Shown piece after piece: positions 9,426 through 19,173 of a stretch of 58,748 bases of DNA; the stretch's first letter is position 1, and every line of letters starts with the position of its first letter. Source of the DNA: an uncultured Alphaproteobacteria bacterium (GTDB taxonomy: Bacteria; Pseudomonadota; Alphaproteobacteria; RF32; CAG-239). The stretch is from the NCBI GenBank assembly GCA_944392225.1, contig CALXWB010000006.1, positions 1 to 58,748 of the forward strand, written 5' to 3'. Below the pieces are notes generated by a model. The model searched no databases, was not told where the DNA came from, and saw nothing but the letters and a program-made list of their open reading frames with translations. A program made the position numbers and the translations under genes.

Positions 9426-9791
9426 AACGTTTCTCGTGCTTTTCACTTGGAAAAGTTGTTATGTTGCTGATTTTATAATTGGTTTTATTTTAAGAGTCAA
9501 GCTTAAAAATGCTTGTTTTTCAGACCGATTCTTTTTCTGCTTTTTCGATTCTTTTTTTATTTTAACCTCAATAATCGGTAAAATCTGTCATCTCATTGTT
9601 ATTTGTTGTTTTTTACAGAAAAAATAAAAATTCAACTTTTGTTTGGATTCGCCGGCAAAGTGTTAAACGAATCGTTAAAATTGTTACAAAAAATTTATCT
9701 TTTTTTACCGCTCAACCTATTGACTTATAATCATTTTGTCCTAGAATCTGCTCATAACGTGAATTCTTATAGTAATAATTAATTATATAAT

Positions 9792-9911
9792 ATGGAAGCA
9801 TTATTTTTTGATTTAACAGAGATCCTGGGGGGATTTTTGTTTGGTCTGGTTCTTTTAATTGGGGCCATTCAATTGTTTTGGTCGCCAAAAGAGGAACTGA
9901 AAGATTATTGA
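9792..9911 (+). CDS. Small single-TM protein, 39 aa (MEALFFDLTEILGGFLFGLVLLIGAIQLFWSPKEELKDY)
   Basis: ATG-to-TGA ORF in an otherwise empty intergenic region; ~20-aa hydrophobic stretch and charged tail; followed by a terminator; no strong SD. Confidence 0.55.
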   Translation: MEALFFDLTEILGGFLFGLVLLIGAIQLFWSPKEELKDY

Positions 9912-9925
9912 GAATGTTTGACACT

Positions 9926-9976
9926 AAAGCCTTGAATTTTGTACGTTTCAGCTGACGTATTTTATTCAGGGCTTTT
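9926..9976 (+). terminator. Intrinsic terminator after the small ORF
   Basis: AAAGCCTTGAAT...ATTCAGGGCTTTT extended hairpin with T tract. Confidence 0.6.
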
Positions 9977-9992
9977 GTTGTTTTAAAAGCGC

Positions 9993-10028
9993 AAAAAAAG
10001 AACCGAACTCATCATTCGGTTCTTTTTT
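9993..10028 (-). terminator. Intrinsic terminator after gltX
   Basis: AAAAAAAGAACCGAA-CTCATCA-TTCGGTTCTTTTTT. Confidence 0.8.
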
Positions 10029-10040
10029 ATTTACTCTAAT

Positions 10041-11468
10041 TTACAATCTTGCCAGGGCCTGATTGATACGATTTATCGTTTCTTCCTTACCCAAAATCAC
10101 GGCAATCTCGGTGGCACCGCCCGGCGTGGTTTCTTTGCCGGACAAGGCTATGCGTAACGGATACAAAATCTGTCCGTTTTTAACACCCAAAGTTTCAGCC
10201 AAAGCTTTCAGTTTTTCAAACAAAGCCTCATTGGTCCAAACATCAGCTTCTGCCAACACGGTTTTGGCTTCAGCTAAGGTCTTTTTGGCAACTTCAGCAT
10301 CACTCTTCATCTTTTTATTGAAATACAAATCATTAGAAAAATCTTTAACTTGCTCAATAAAATCTATCTGATTTGGAATATCGCCCAAAAACTCAACACG
10401 CGGCTGCAAAACCTTGCTCAAAAATTCTTCATCAATTTTTCTTGACAGACACTCTTTATAATAAGGTGCTGCTAATTTATGGAACTCTTCCAAGGGCAAA
10501 GCTCTGATGTAGCAACCGTTCATCCATGTGAGTTTGGTGATATCAAAAATGGCCGGAGATTTGTTCAATCTCTCCACGGAGAAGACTTTTTTCAACTCAT
10601 CAAGAGAGAAAATTTCTTGGTCGGTTCCAGGATTCCAGCCCAGCAAAGCAATATAGTTGATGATGGCTTCCGGCAGATAGCCTTTGGCGACCAAATCTTG
10701 GAAAGAGGCATCGCCGTTACGTTTGCTCAATTTATGCTGCGCATCTTTCATCACCGGCGGAACATGAACATATTGCGGGTGCTCCCAACCAAAATCTTCA
10801 TAAATCAGATTATATTTCGGGGTAGAAGAAATATATTCATTGCCTCTGACAACATGGGTGATTTCCATCAAATGGTCATCGACCACATTGGCAAAGTTAT
10901 AGGTCGGCAAACCGTCTGATTTGAGCAACACGCCTTCATCCAACTCATCATAATCAATTTCAATATCACCATAAACCTCATCATGATATTTGGATTTGCC
11001 GGTTTTGTTGATGGTTTGGCGAATGACATATGGCTCACCGGCTGCAACTCTTGCTTTGGCTTCTTCCAAGCTCAGATGTTTGCAAGGGTCTTGAAACTTG
11101 ATGTTTTGCTCTTCGTCTTTTTGTTCATCGGCATCTTCTTTAGAGCAGAAGCAATAGTGCGCACCGCCCAACTCAACCAATTTGTGCGCGTATTCGGCAT
11201 AGATGCTCTTTCTTTCCGATTGAATATACGGGCCGTATTTTCCGCCGATATCCGGGCCTTCATCCCAGTTCATGCCGACGCGTTTCAATGTGGCATAAAT
11301 GATATCGGTTGCACCTTCAACATAGCGTTTTTGGTCGGTATCTTCAATACGCAAAATAAAATCTCCGCCTTTTGCTTTGGCAATCAAATATTCATACAAA
11401 GCCGTGCGCAAATTGCCGATATGCATATAGCCCGTGGGACTTGGGGCAAAACGAGTTCTGGTTTTCAT
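10041..11468 (-). CDS. gltX: Glutamate-tRNA ligase
   Basis: RFAPSPTGYMHIGN (HIGH-type), LRIEDTD, KLSKR (KMSKS-type); start ATG 11468. Confidence 0.96.
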   Translation of the reverse strand: MKTRTRFAPSPTGYMHIGNLRTALYEYLIAKAKGGDFILRIEDTDQKRYVEGATDIIYATLKRVGMNWDEGPDIGGKYGPYIQSERKSIYAEYAHKLVELGGAHYCFCSKEDADEQKDEEQNIKFQDPCKHLSLEEAKARVAAGEPYVIRQTINKTGKSKYHDEVYGDIEIDYDELDEGVLLKSDGLPTYNFANVVDDHLMEITHVVRGNEYISSTPKYNLIYEDFGWEHPQYVHVPPVMKDAQHKLSKRNGDASFQDLVAKGYLPEAIINYIALLGWNPGTDQEIFSLDELKKVFSVERLNKSPAIFDITKLTWMNGCYIRALPLEEFHKLAAPYYKECLSRKIDEEFLSKVLQPRVEFLGDIPNQIDFIEQVKDFSNDLYFNKKMKSDAEVAKKTLAEAKTVLAEADVWTNEALFEKLKALAETLGVKNGQILYPLRIALSGKETTPGGATEIAVILGKEETINRINQALARL

Positions 11469-11550
11469 CTTTTTTACCTTCAATTAAAATTGATACATAA
11501 AATTGAATTCAACATAAAACAAATTTATTTCCTTGCCAAGCTAAATCTGT

Positions 11551-13224
11551 TTATGCCGATTTTGAGTTGATTAAAATGTTGGCGGCGGCTCTGGCCTCAT
11601 CAGTTATCACTTCTCCGGCCAACATGCGGGCAATTTCTTCTTGTCTTTCAGCGGCGGAAAGCTCATGCACATAGGTTGTGGTGACGTTGTCTTTGGTTTG
11701 TTTTTCCACCTTGAAATGATGATTGCCCTTGCCGGCCACTTGCGGCGAATGCGTTACAACCATCACCTGAACACTGCCCGCCAAGCGTGCCAACCTTTCG
11801 CCAACGGCTTGAGCCGTGGCACCGCCGACACCGGCATCAACCTCATCAAAAATCATGGTGCCGATATTGGAAGATGCGGCCAAATTGACTTTCAGGGCCA
11901 GCATAAACCTTGCGAGCTCGCCGCCTGAGGCTATTTTGTTTATCGGGCCTTGCGGTGAATTTGGGTTGGTTGAAACCGTGAACATCACCCCATCCATGCC
12001 TAATTCGCTCCAACTATTTTCATCCAGCGGGGTAATCAAAGTCTCAAACTTGGCTTTTTCCATTTTGAGCGGTGATAATTCTGCCATCACACTCTTGTCT
12101 AAATTGGCAGCAGTTTTCTTTCTGGCTTGGCTTAACTCTTTTGCTTTGTTGATATATTCCAGCCTTTTTTCCTGCTCAAGCTTTCTTAAATTTTCCAAAC
12201 CTTCTTCACCGAACTCAATTTGTCCCAAACGTTTTTGAAAATCAGCCAAAACTTTGGGCAGCTCACTCACGCTGACTTGATGTTTGCGTGCCAAGTCTTT
12301 AAGCATATAAAGTCTGCTCTCAATATTTTCCAGCTCATTTGTGTTCATGGAAATGTTTTCCGAGGCGGCCTCTATTTGATTTATGGCTTCAGAGGCCTCA
12401 ATCAGCGCACTATCCAGTGCGGCAATGATGTCATCATATTTGCCCTCAACATGGCTGGCGGCCTTGTCCATGGCGGCTTGTGCATGGCGCAAAGCGGAAG
12501 GAACATCGTTTGTTTGCGTCAAAGCATTATAAGCATATGACAAACTCTCTATGATTTTTTCGGCGTTCATCAGCTCGGAGCGGCGATTGCTCAGCTCTTC
12601 TTCCTCACCTTCATAGGTATTGGCTGCCTCAAGCTCTTTGACCCAATGGCGCAAATTTTCTTCATCTTCTTTAGCTTTGACGATCTCTGCCTCGGCCTCG
12701 GCTCTTTGCTTTTTGGCTTGTTTATAGGCCGTGTATGCCTCTTTCACGGCTTGCAACAAATCTTTATATAAGCCGTAAGAATCCAACACGGATAAATGAT
12801 TGGCCGGGTTGAGCAAACCTTGATTATCAAACTGTCCATGCACCTCGACCAAATATTTGCCGATTTCTTTGAGCAACTTCAAGCTTATCGGTTGATCATT
12901 GAGAAAGATTTTGCCTTTGCCGTCTTGCCCCAGTGTGCGCTTGATGACCAAATCGCCATCACATTCCAGCTCGTTATCGGCAAAAATTTGCCATAGCGGA
13001 CTATCTTTTTGCGGCATATCAAAAACCGCTGTCACGCTTAATTTGTCTTCTCCCATACGAATCAATGAAGTTTCGGCCCGGTTGCCGATAACCAACCCCA
13101 AAGAATCGAGCAAAATCGATTTACCGGCACCGGTTTCCCCGGTCAAAACACTCAAGCCGGACTTAAAATCTAAGTCCAGCTTGTCGATTAACACAACATT
13201 GCGTATGGATAAAGATTGCAACAT
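11551..13224 (-). CDS. recN: DNA repair protein RecN
   Basis: TGETGAGKS Walker A, ASGGELARFMLALK, IFDEVDAGVGG, VTHSPQVA. Confidence 0.97.
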   Translation of the reverse strand: MLQSLSIRNVVLIDKLDLDFKSGLSVLTGETGAGKSILLDSLGLVIGNRAETSLIRMGEDKLSVTAVFDMPQKDSPLWQIFADNELECDGDLVIKRTLGQDGKGKIFLNDQPISLKLLKEIGKYLVEVHGQFDNQGLLNPANHLSVLDSYGLYKDLLQAVKEAYTAYKQAKKQRAEAEAEIVKAKEDEENLRHWVKELEAANTYEGEEEELSNRRSELMNAEKIIESLSYAYNALTQTNDVPSALRHAQAAMDKAASHVEGKYDDIIAALDSALIEASEAINQIEAASENISMNTNELENIESRLYMLKDLARKHQVSVSELPKVLADFQKRLGQIEFGEEGLENLRKLEQEKRLEYINKAKELSQARKKTAANLDKSVMAELSPLKMEKAKFETLITPLDENSWSELGMDGVMFTVSTNPNSPQGPINKIASGGELARFMLALKVNLAASSNIGTMIFDEVDAGVGGATAQAVGERLARLAGSVQVMVVTHSPQVAGKGNHHFKVEKQTKDNVTTTYVHELSAAERQEEIARMLAGEVITDEARAAANILINSKSA

Positions 13225-13231
13225 CTTTTAT

Positions 13232-13993
13232 TTATGCCTTTTTATCGGTCATTCCCTCTTCTATCACATCCATACCGCGCTTGGTCCATTTGCTCTTGGG
13301 ATAGTTATATTCCAAAACCTGATATGCTTTTTGCGCTTCGGTGTTCAAACCCAAAATGGTATAAATCTCCACTTGGCGATACAATGCTTCTTCAATTTGC
13401 GGGGTGGTTTGATATTGGTTAACCACGGTTGAAAAACGGTTCAATGCCGATAGATAATTTTCTTGTCCTAAATACCAGCGACCGATTGCCATTTCTTGTC
13501 CGGCCAAATGGTCCACCGTCAAATCCAGTTTCAAGCGGGCGTCTTTGGCATATTCCGAATTCGGGAAACGGATAATTACTTCTCTTAATGCTTGCAAAGC
13601 TTTTTGCGTGTTGCTTTGGTCTTGGCTGACATCGACAATTTGCTCATAATAGCACATGGCCTTGAGATAATAAGCATAAGCAATGTCTTTGTTGCCGGGG
13701 TGGAATTTGATGAATCTGTCCAGAGCGATAATCGAATCGTCATATTTTTTGTCTTTATAATAAGCATATGCCGCCATCAAGCGCGATTGTGTGGCCAAAG
13801 CCGAATATGGGTGTTCGAGCTCAACTTTTTCAAAGGTTTCCGCTGCTTTGGTATATGATGTTTTGTCCAGATATTCTTGTGCTTGCTGATACAATGCCTC
13901 GGCGGTTTTGGGTTCTTCTTTGGGGGTGGAGGAACATCCGCCAATAAAGCTCAAAGACAACATACATCCTACTATAAGCAGTGCTTTTTTCAT
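13232..13993 (-). CDS. bamD: Outer-membrane assembly lipoprotein BamD
   Basis: Lipobox IGGC, TPR helices, FPNSEYAKDA, EEALYR; lpxC-bamD-recN order; start ATG 13993. Confidence 0.93.
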   Translation of the reverse strand: MKKALLIVGCMLSLSFIGGCSSTPKEEPKTAEALYQQAQEYLDKTSYTKAAETFEKVELEHPYSALATQSRLMAAYAYYKDKKYDDSIIALDRFIKFHPGNKDIAYAYYLKAMCYYEQIVDVSQDQSNTQKALQALREVIIRFPNSEYAKDARLKLDLTVDHLAGQEMAIGRWYLGQENYLSALNRFSTVVNQYQTTPQIEEALYRQVEIYTILGLNTEAQKAYQVLEYNYPKSKWTKRGMDVIEEGMTDKKA

Positions 13994-14006
13994 CTCTATA
14001 ATCTCC

Positions 14007-14861
14007 CTACATAATCTCATAATTGCTTTTATCGGCAAAAAGTTTTTTCAACAGCTCGTTGGTATGGAAATGCCCGGTTTTGGCCGCTTTTAATCTGCCC
14101 AAAACATGATAACCCGATGTATATAAGTCACCGATGGCATCTAAAACCTTGTGGTTGACACATTCGTTTTCTACTCTGAAACCGCCCTCGTTTAAGATAT
14201 TTTCGCCATCCAAAACAACCGCATTTTCCAAACTGCCGCCCTTTATCAGCCCGATGGATTGCAAATAATCTACCTGATATTTTTCGCAAAAGGTGCGGCA
14301 AGGCGCAATTTTTTTGGCAAAAACCTGTTCATCAATATCGGCATCAAACTCCTGATGTCCAACAATTTTTGACGGAAACTCTATCATAAAATCAATATGC
14401 AGTTTTTCTGCCGGAGAAAGGCTGATTTGGTTGCCCTTATCATCAACAAAGGACACCTCTTTCAAAACTTTTAAAAATCGGCGCGGCGCATTTTGTGCAA
14501 CAAGCTTTTCTTTGCGCAAAATTTCATAAAAAATTTCGGCACTGCCGTCCATAATCGGCACTTCCGGGTTGTTGACCTCAATTAATGCATTATCAACGCC
14601 GACTATGGCCAAGGCACCCATCAAGTGCTCTATGGTTGAAACCAAATTGCCTTCTTTATCGCCTAAGCAAGAACAGTTTCTGGTATCTACAATATTGGAA
14701 TACAGGGCCTTAATTTCCGGCTTGTTTGGCAAGTCTACCCGCTTGAAAACAATACCGAAATTTTCCGGCGCCGGCTTGATGGTCAACACGGAAGCACAGC
14801 CCGAATGCAAACCAATTCCTTCTATTTTTAAATCTTTTGCCAAAGTTTGCTGCATTTGCAT
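14007..14861 (-). CDS. lpxC: UDP-3-O-acyl-GlcNAc deacetylase
   Basis: GIGLHSG, STIEHL, EVPIMDGSA, HKVLDAIGDL, GH. Confidence 0.96.
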   Translation of the reverse strand: MQMQQTLAKDLKIEGIGLHSGCASVLTIKPAPENFGIVFKRVDLPNKPEIKALYSNIVDTRNCSCLGDKEGNLVSTIEHLMGALAIVGVDNALIEVNNPEVPIMDGSAEIFYEILRKEKLVAQNAPRRFLKVLKEVSFVDDKGNQISLSPAEKLHIDFMIEFPSKIVGHQEFDADIDEQVFAKKIAPCRTFCEKYQVDYLQSIGLIKGGSLENAVVLDGENILNEGGFRVENECVNHKVLDAIGDLYTSGYHVLGRLKAAKTGHFHTNELLKKLFADKSNYEIM

Positions 14862-14892
14862 GGTTCAAATAACCTCTTTAAAAAAATTTATA

Positions 14893-15277
14893 TTCAGGCG
14901 GCCTATAAGCCGGGTTCTGTATTTTGTTCTACTTTGCAGCACAACAAAACGATAGCTATTCATCTGGGCAAGATGTCACCATCTTGCTCGTCGCGACCTA
15001 CCTCTGGAGTGGGTTGGAAACACCCCGCACAACTTTTTAATAAAAGCCCTCCTAACTTGGTCTTGCTTCAAATAGGGTTTACCTGGCCAAAACCGTTGCC
15101 GGCTTTGCGGTGAGCTCTTACCTCGCCTTTTCAACCTTACCGCGAACAAGCCGCGGCGGTAATTTTCTGTGGCACTTTCCCTTGGGTCGCCCCAGCCAGA
15201 CGTTATCTGGTATTTTGTTTCCATGAAGCCCGGACTTTCCTCGCCGGTTGCCCGACGCAGCTATCCGACCGCCTATT
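14893..15277 (-). ncRNA. rnpB: RNase P RNA
   Basis: Minus strand GAGGAAAGTCCGGGCT, AGTGCCACAGAAA, ACAGAACCCGGCTTA conserved segments; terminal P1 AGGCGGTC/GGCCGCCT; ends approximate. Confidence 0.95.
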
Positions 15278-15445
15278 TCAAACTCTAAACATATAAAAAA
15301 TAAAAGCAAGTTTATTTATTCAATTTATTTAAAAATTATCCCCATTTTTTTATTTTTTTCTATCTCCCTGCCAGCAACAGTTTGCTCTTTTCTTATTCTT
15401 TTTTCTTTAGAACAAACATAGAACAATTAATAAAATGCTAAATTT

Positions 15446-15481
15446 TTCCATTGATTCCCACAATTTCCCATGATATACCAT
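15446..15481. promoter_or_regulatory. MraZ binding boxes, four repeats at 10-bp period
   Basis: TTCCA/TCCCA/TCCCA/TACCA ending at 15450, 15460, 15470, 15480 (TGGGA-like on the minus strand), directly upstream of mraZ. Confidence 0.7.
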
Positions 15482-15519
15482 ATACATGTTTTGATTCTAA
15501 GAAAAAAGGCAGAAAGACA

Positions 15520-15984
15520 GTGAGAAAGACTTTTCTCTTTATGGATACAATCTCTAACAAGGTGGACGCAAAAGGCCGCGTCTCCCTGCCTGCCGATTAT
15601 CGCGCCATTGTTAAAGACCTATCCAGCGAGATTGTCTGCTATCGCAGTCTTTCTCTGCCTTGCATTGAAGGTTGCTTGGAAGAAACTTTGGATAAGCTGG
15701 CCTCTGATATCGAAACCTCAACAGATTTCTTTTCCGAGACACAAGACAACCTCACCAACCTCATTTTCGGCGATGCCAAACGTTTTCCTTTTGATTCTAC
15801 CGGGCGTATTCTCCTTTCCGAAAAGCTCTTAAAACATGCGCAAATCACAACCGAGGCCGTGTTTGTCGGCAAGGGGAGAAAGTTCCAAATTTGGAACCCT
15901 GAAAATTGGGAAAAAGAAGAGGCTCGCATTCGCGCCGAGGCTTTGAAAAATCGCCCCTCTTTGCAACCCAAGGAGGAACGCTGA
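15520..15984 (+). CDS. mraZ: Division/cell-wall cluster repressor MraZ
   Basis: NKVDAKGRVSLP, FDSTGRILL, FVGKGRKFQIW; GTG start 15520 chosen by alignment to family N-terminus. Confidence 0.93.
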   Translation: MRKTFLFMDTISNKVDAKGRVSLPADYRAIVKDLSSEIVCYRSLSLPCIEGCLEETLDKLASDIETSTDFFSETQDNLTNLIFGDAKRFPFDSTGRILLSEKLLKHAQITTEAVFVGKGRKFQIWNPENWEKEEARIRAEALKNRPSLQPKEER

Positions 15985-16907
15985 TGTTTGCCAAAGGTTA
16001 TGACAAGCATTTTCCGGTGATGTTGCCCGAAGTCCTCTCTGCGCTTAAACCTCAAGATAATGAAATATATGTTGATGCCACTTTCGGCAACGGCGGCTAC
16101 ACTCAAGCCCTGCTTGAAGCCGCAAATTGCAAAGTGATTGCGCTTGACCGCGACCCCAATGTGCAACAACGCGCTGCAGAATTTGAAAAAATTTACGGTT
16201 CTCGTTTTGACTTTAGAGCCGGCCAGTTCGGCGATTTTGCCGAGATTGTGACCGAACCCATTAACGGCGCCGTCTTTGATATCGGCGTCTCGTCCATGCA
16301 GCTTGATAATGCCGACCGAGGTTTTTCTTTTGCCAAAGATGCCCCGCTTGATATGCGCATGTCTTGCTCCGGCCTTTCTGCCGCAGACTTGGTCAATACT
16401 TTGAGCGAAAAAGAGTTGGCCGATATTCTCTACAACTTCGGAGAAGAAAGAAAATCTCGGCAAATTGCCGCAAAAATCGTGGCCGAAAGAACAAAAAATC
16501 CAATCTCTTCCACCAAACAATTGGCGGATATCATCTACACCGTTATCAAAAAAACACCTCATTCTATAGATCCGGCAACCCGCAGTTTTCAAGCTTTGCG
16601 TATTGCCGTTAATAATGAGCTCGGTGAGCTGGAAAACGGCCTTAAAGGCGCCACCAGCCGAATCGCCTCAGGCGGAAGATTGGTCGTTGTGAGCTTTCAC
16701 TCGCTTGAAGACCGCATCGTCAAAAACTTTTTTAAAGCTAACTCGGGCCCTAACGTGCATGTTTCAAAATATGCACCTAAAGCCCAAACAAATAACAGTT
16801 GCGCTGCTTTTGCCCAAACCTCCAAAGCCATATCCGCCTCGGAGGAAGAAGTTGAGCTCAATGTTCGCTCTCGCTCGGCAAAGCTGCGTTGGGGATTGAA
16901 ACAATAA
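15984..16907 (+). CDS. rsmH: 16S rRNA m4C1402 methyltransferase
   Basis: HFPVMLPEV, DATFGNGG, DIGVSSMQLD, FQALRIAVNNEL, SFHSLEDRIVK; ATG overlaps mraZ stop. Confidence 0.97.
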   Translation: MFAKGYDKHFPVMLPEVLSALKPQDNEIYVDATFGNGGYTQALLEAANCKVIALDRDPNVQQRAAEFEKIYGSRFDFRAGQFGDFAEIVTEPINGAVFDIGVSSMQLDNADRGFSFAKDAPLDMRMSCSGLSAADLVNTLSEKELADILYNFGEERKSRQIAAKIVAERTKNPISSTKQLADIIYTVIKKTPHSIDPATRSFQALRIAVNNELGELENGLKGATSRIASGGRLVVVSFHSLEDRIVKNFFKANSGPNVHVSKYAPKAQTNNSCAAFAQTSKAISASEEEVELNVRSRSAKLRWGLKQ

Positions 16908-16932
16908 CGCCAGACCAGAAAGGATGTGCGAT

Positions 16933-17316
16933 ATGACAAATACAAAAACAATTTCTTATATTTTAGCTTTTATTATTCCCTGTCTTTTGGGTTTTGGAAT
17001 CTTGGTGATGAAAAATCAGGTCCAAGGCTTGGAAAAAGAACTCGTTTCCTTGAACAAAAGCATTCAGACCGATATCAAAACAATCCATGTGCTCAAAGCC
17101 GAATGGAGCCATTTGAACAACCCGGCTCGCTTGAGAAAACTTGCCGCCAAACATATTTCTCTAAATCCTCTGCAAGCTGAACAAATTATTAACCTTTCTG
17201 CGTTACCATTTGAATATGAATCGGGCGATTCGAAAAAAATGATTGCTCAAAAAAATATTGCAGATTATGCCGAGCAAAATAAGGAAATTAAAAAACTTGT
17301 TAAAGCTCAGCGCTAG
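16933..17316 (+). CDS. ftsL: Cell division protein FtsL-like
   Basis: Single TM then coiled coil, LKAEWSHLNNPARL; between rsmH and ftsI. Confidence 0.85.
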   Translation: MTNTKTISYILAFIIPCLLGFGILVMKNQVQGLEKELVSLNKSIQTDIKTIHVLKAEWSHLNNPARLRKLAAKHISLNPLQAEQIINLSALPFEYESGDSKKMIAQKNIADYAEQNKEIKKLVKAQR

Positions 17317-17359
17317 TCTTGTTGGTTTTTAATTGGTTTTTGTTGAGGCAGAAAGGCAA

Positions 17360-19117
17360 ATGTTCGGAAAGTATTTTTCCAAAAAGGAAGAAAATTTTTA
17401 TCTTCCCGGCGAGGAAATCAAAATCGGAAAATCTTGTTCTTTTATGAACTATACTTGCGCGAAAGATCCGCTTTCCGTTTGCAAAAACCGTGTCATTTTT
17501 ACCATCTTTTCTTTCTTGTTTATCTATCTTGTTATCGGCGTGCGCTTGTTTGAAGTCTGTGTTGCCCCTAACCTCAAAGCTCATGAAGAGGAAGAAGTTT
17601 CTCACGGCTTTGCTTTTGCTCATAACCCCATTAAACGTGCCGATATCGTGGATAGAAACGGAACCGTTATTGCCACTTCTTTGCCCACGGTTAACCTCTA
17701 CGCCAACCCAAGAAAAATTCTCAACCCGCAAAAGGCTGCTCAAAAACTGGTTCGGATTTTGCCCGAACTCAAATATAACTCTTTGTTGAAAAAACTTTCT
17801 TCCAACTCTACTTTTGTTTATATCAAGCGCAACCTCACGCCTTCTCAACAATATCAAATCAACTATCTCGGAATCCCCGGATTGGACTTTGAAAACGGTG
17901 AAAAACGCGTCTATCCGCACAAAAACCTTTTTGCCCATCTTATCGGCTCCACAAATATTGATAACAAAGGTATTGCCGGACTGGAGAAAAAAGAAAATGA
18001 GCGTTTGACAGAATCGGACATTCCTTTGGCTTTGACCATTGATGCCGGCGTGCAAGATACCATACGTGAGCATTTGCAGGCTGCCGTCAAACATTTTGAT
18101 GCCGTCGGCGCAACCGCCATTTTGATGAACGTAAATACCGGCGAGGTCATTTCTCTGGTTTCTCTCCCCGATTATGACCCCAATCTTTCCATCAACCCCA
18201 ATTCACGCTCTTATTTCAACATGGCAACCAAAGGTGTTTACGAACCGGGGTCTGTCTTAAAGGTCTTTAATGCCGCCATGTCTCTTGAAAGCGGAAAAGT
18301 TAAAGTATCGGATAAGTTTGATGCCACTCAGCCTCTCAAACTCAAATATAATGTGATTAAAGATTATCGCGGCGAAAATCGTTGGCTCTCCGTTCCGGAA
18401 ATTATGGTTTATTCTTCAAATATCGGCTCGGCACGCATGGCTCTAAAGGTCGGCGGCAATGAACAACGCCAATTTATGCAAAAGCTGGGCTTTTTTGACG
18501 AACTTGATTTTGAAACAACCGAAAAAAGCAAACCCATTTTTCCGAAACGCTGGAGTGAAGGCACAATTGCAACCGTTGCTTATGGCTATGGCTTGGCAAT
18601 TACACCCATGCATATGATTACGGCTTTTTCTGCCGTGGTTAACGGCGGAATTTATCATGAGCCGACAATCTTGAAAAACAGCAATAAAAAGAACAGCGGA
18701 TACCGCGTCTTGTCTTACAATACCTCTAAACAAATGCGCGATTTGCTCCGTTTGGTGGTCACGGACGGCTCCGGCAAAAGAGCCAATGTTTTGGGCTATG
18801 AAGTGGCCGGCAAAACGGGAACGGCAAACAAACTCTCCGCTAACGGAAAATATAACAGTAAAGTGGTGCGCACAACCTTTGTTTCAACCTTCCCGGTCAG
18901 CAATCCTCAATATGCCTTGCTGGTGATGATGGATGAGCCCAAAGGCAGCAAAGAAACCTGGGGCTTTACAACTGCCGGCTGGAACGCCGTCCCGACCGGG
19001 GCTAAAATCATTACCGCTATTGCACCGCAGCTTAATGTTAAAGCCAATTATGACTTGGATGAAGCCAGAAAAGCACGCATTATTGAAGCTTCATACACGG
19101 GAAAATCCGTTCACTAA
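17360..19117 (+). CDS. ftsI: Septal transpeptidase PBP3
   Basis: RADIVDRNG, EPGSVLK (SxxK), SSN, KTGT; start ATG 17360. Confidence 0.93.
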   Translation: MFGKYFSKKEENFYLPGEEIKIGKSCSFMNYTCAKDPLSVCKNRVIFTIFSFLFIYLVIGVRLFEVCVAPNLKAHEEEEVSHGFAFAHNPIKRADIVDRNGTVIATSLPTVNLYANPRKILNPQKAAQKLVRILPELKYNSLLKKLSSNSTFVYIKRNLTPSQQYQINYLGIPGLDFENGEKRVYPHKNLFAHLIGSTNIDNKGIAGLEKKENERLTESDIPLALTIDAGVQDTIREHLQAAVKHFDAVGATAILMNVNTGEVISLVSLPDYDPNLSINPNSRSYFNMATKGVYEPGSVLKVFNAAMSLESGKVKVSDKFDATQPLKLKYNVIKDYRGENRWLSVPEIMVYSSNIGSARMALKVGGNEQRQFMQKLGFFDELDFETTEKSKPIFPKRWSEGTIATVAYGYGLAITPMHMITAFSAVVNGGIYHEPTILKNSNKKNSGYRVLSYNTSKQMRDLLRLVVTDGSGKRANVLGYEVAGKTGTANKLSANGKYNSKVVRTTFVSTFPVSNPQYALLVMMDEPKGSKETWGFTTAGWNAVPTGAKIITAIAPQLNVKANYDLDEARKARIIEASYTGKSVH

Positions 19118-19134
19118 TTTTTGATTTTCATAAC

Positions 19135-19168
19135 AAAAAAAACAGCCTCTTTGTGAGGCTGTTTTTTT
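19135..19168. terminator. Bidirectional terminator between ftsI and trcR
   Basis: AAAAAAAACAGCCTC-TTTGT-GAGGCTGTTTTTTT between convergent genes. Confidence 0.85.
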
Positions 19169-19173
19169 ATCTT

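Noticed and set aside
9663-9678. TTAA...TTAA as a CtrA box
   Set aside because: The spacer is 8 nt rather than 7, in AT-rich sequence.
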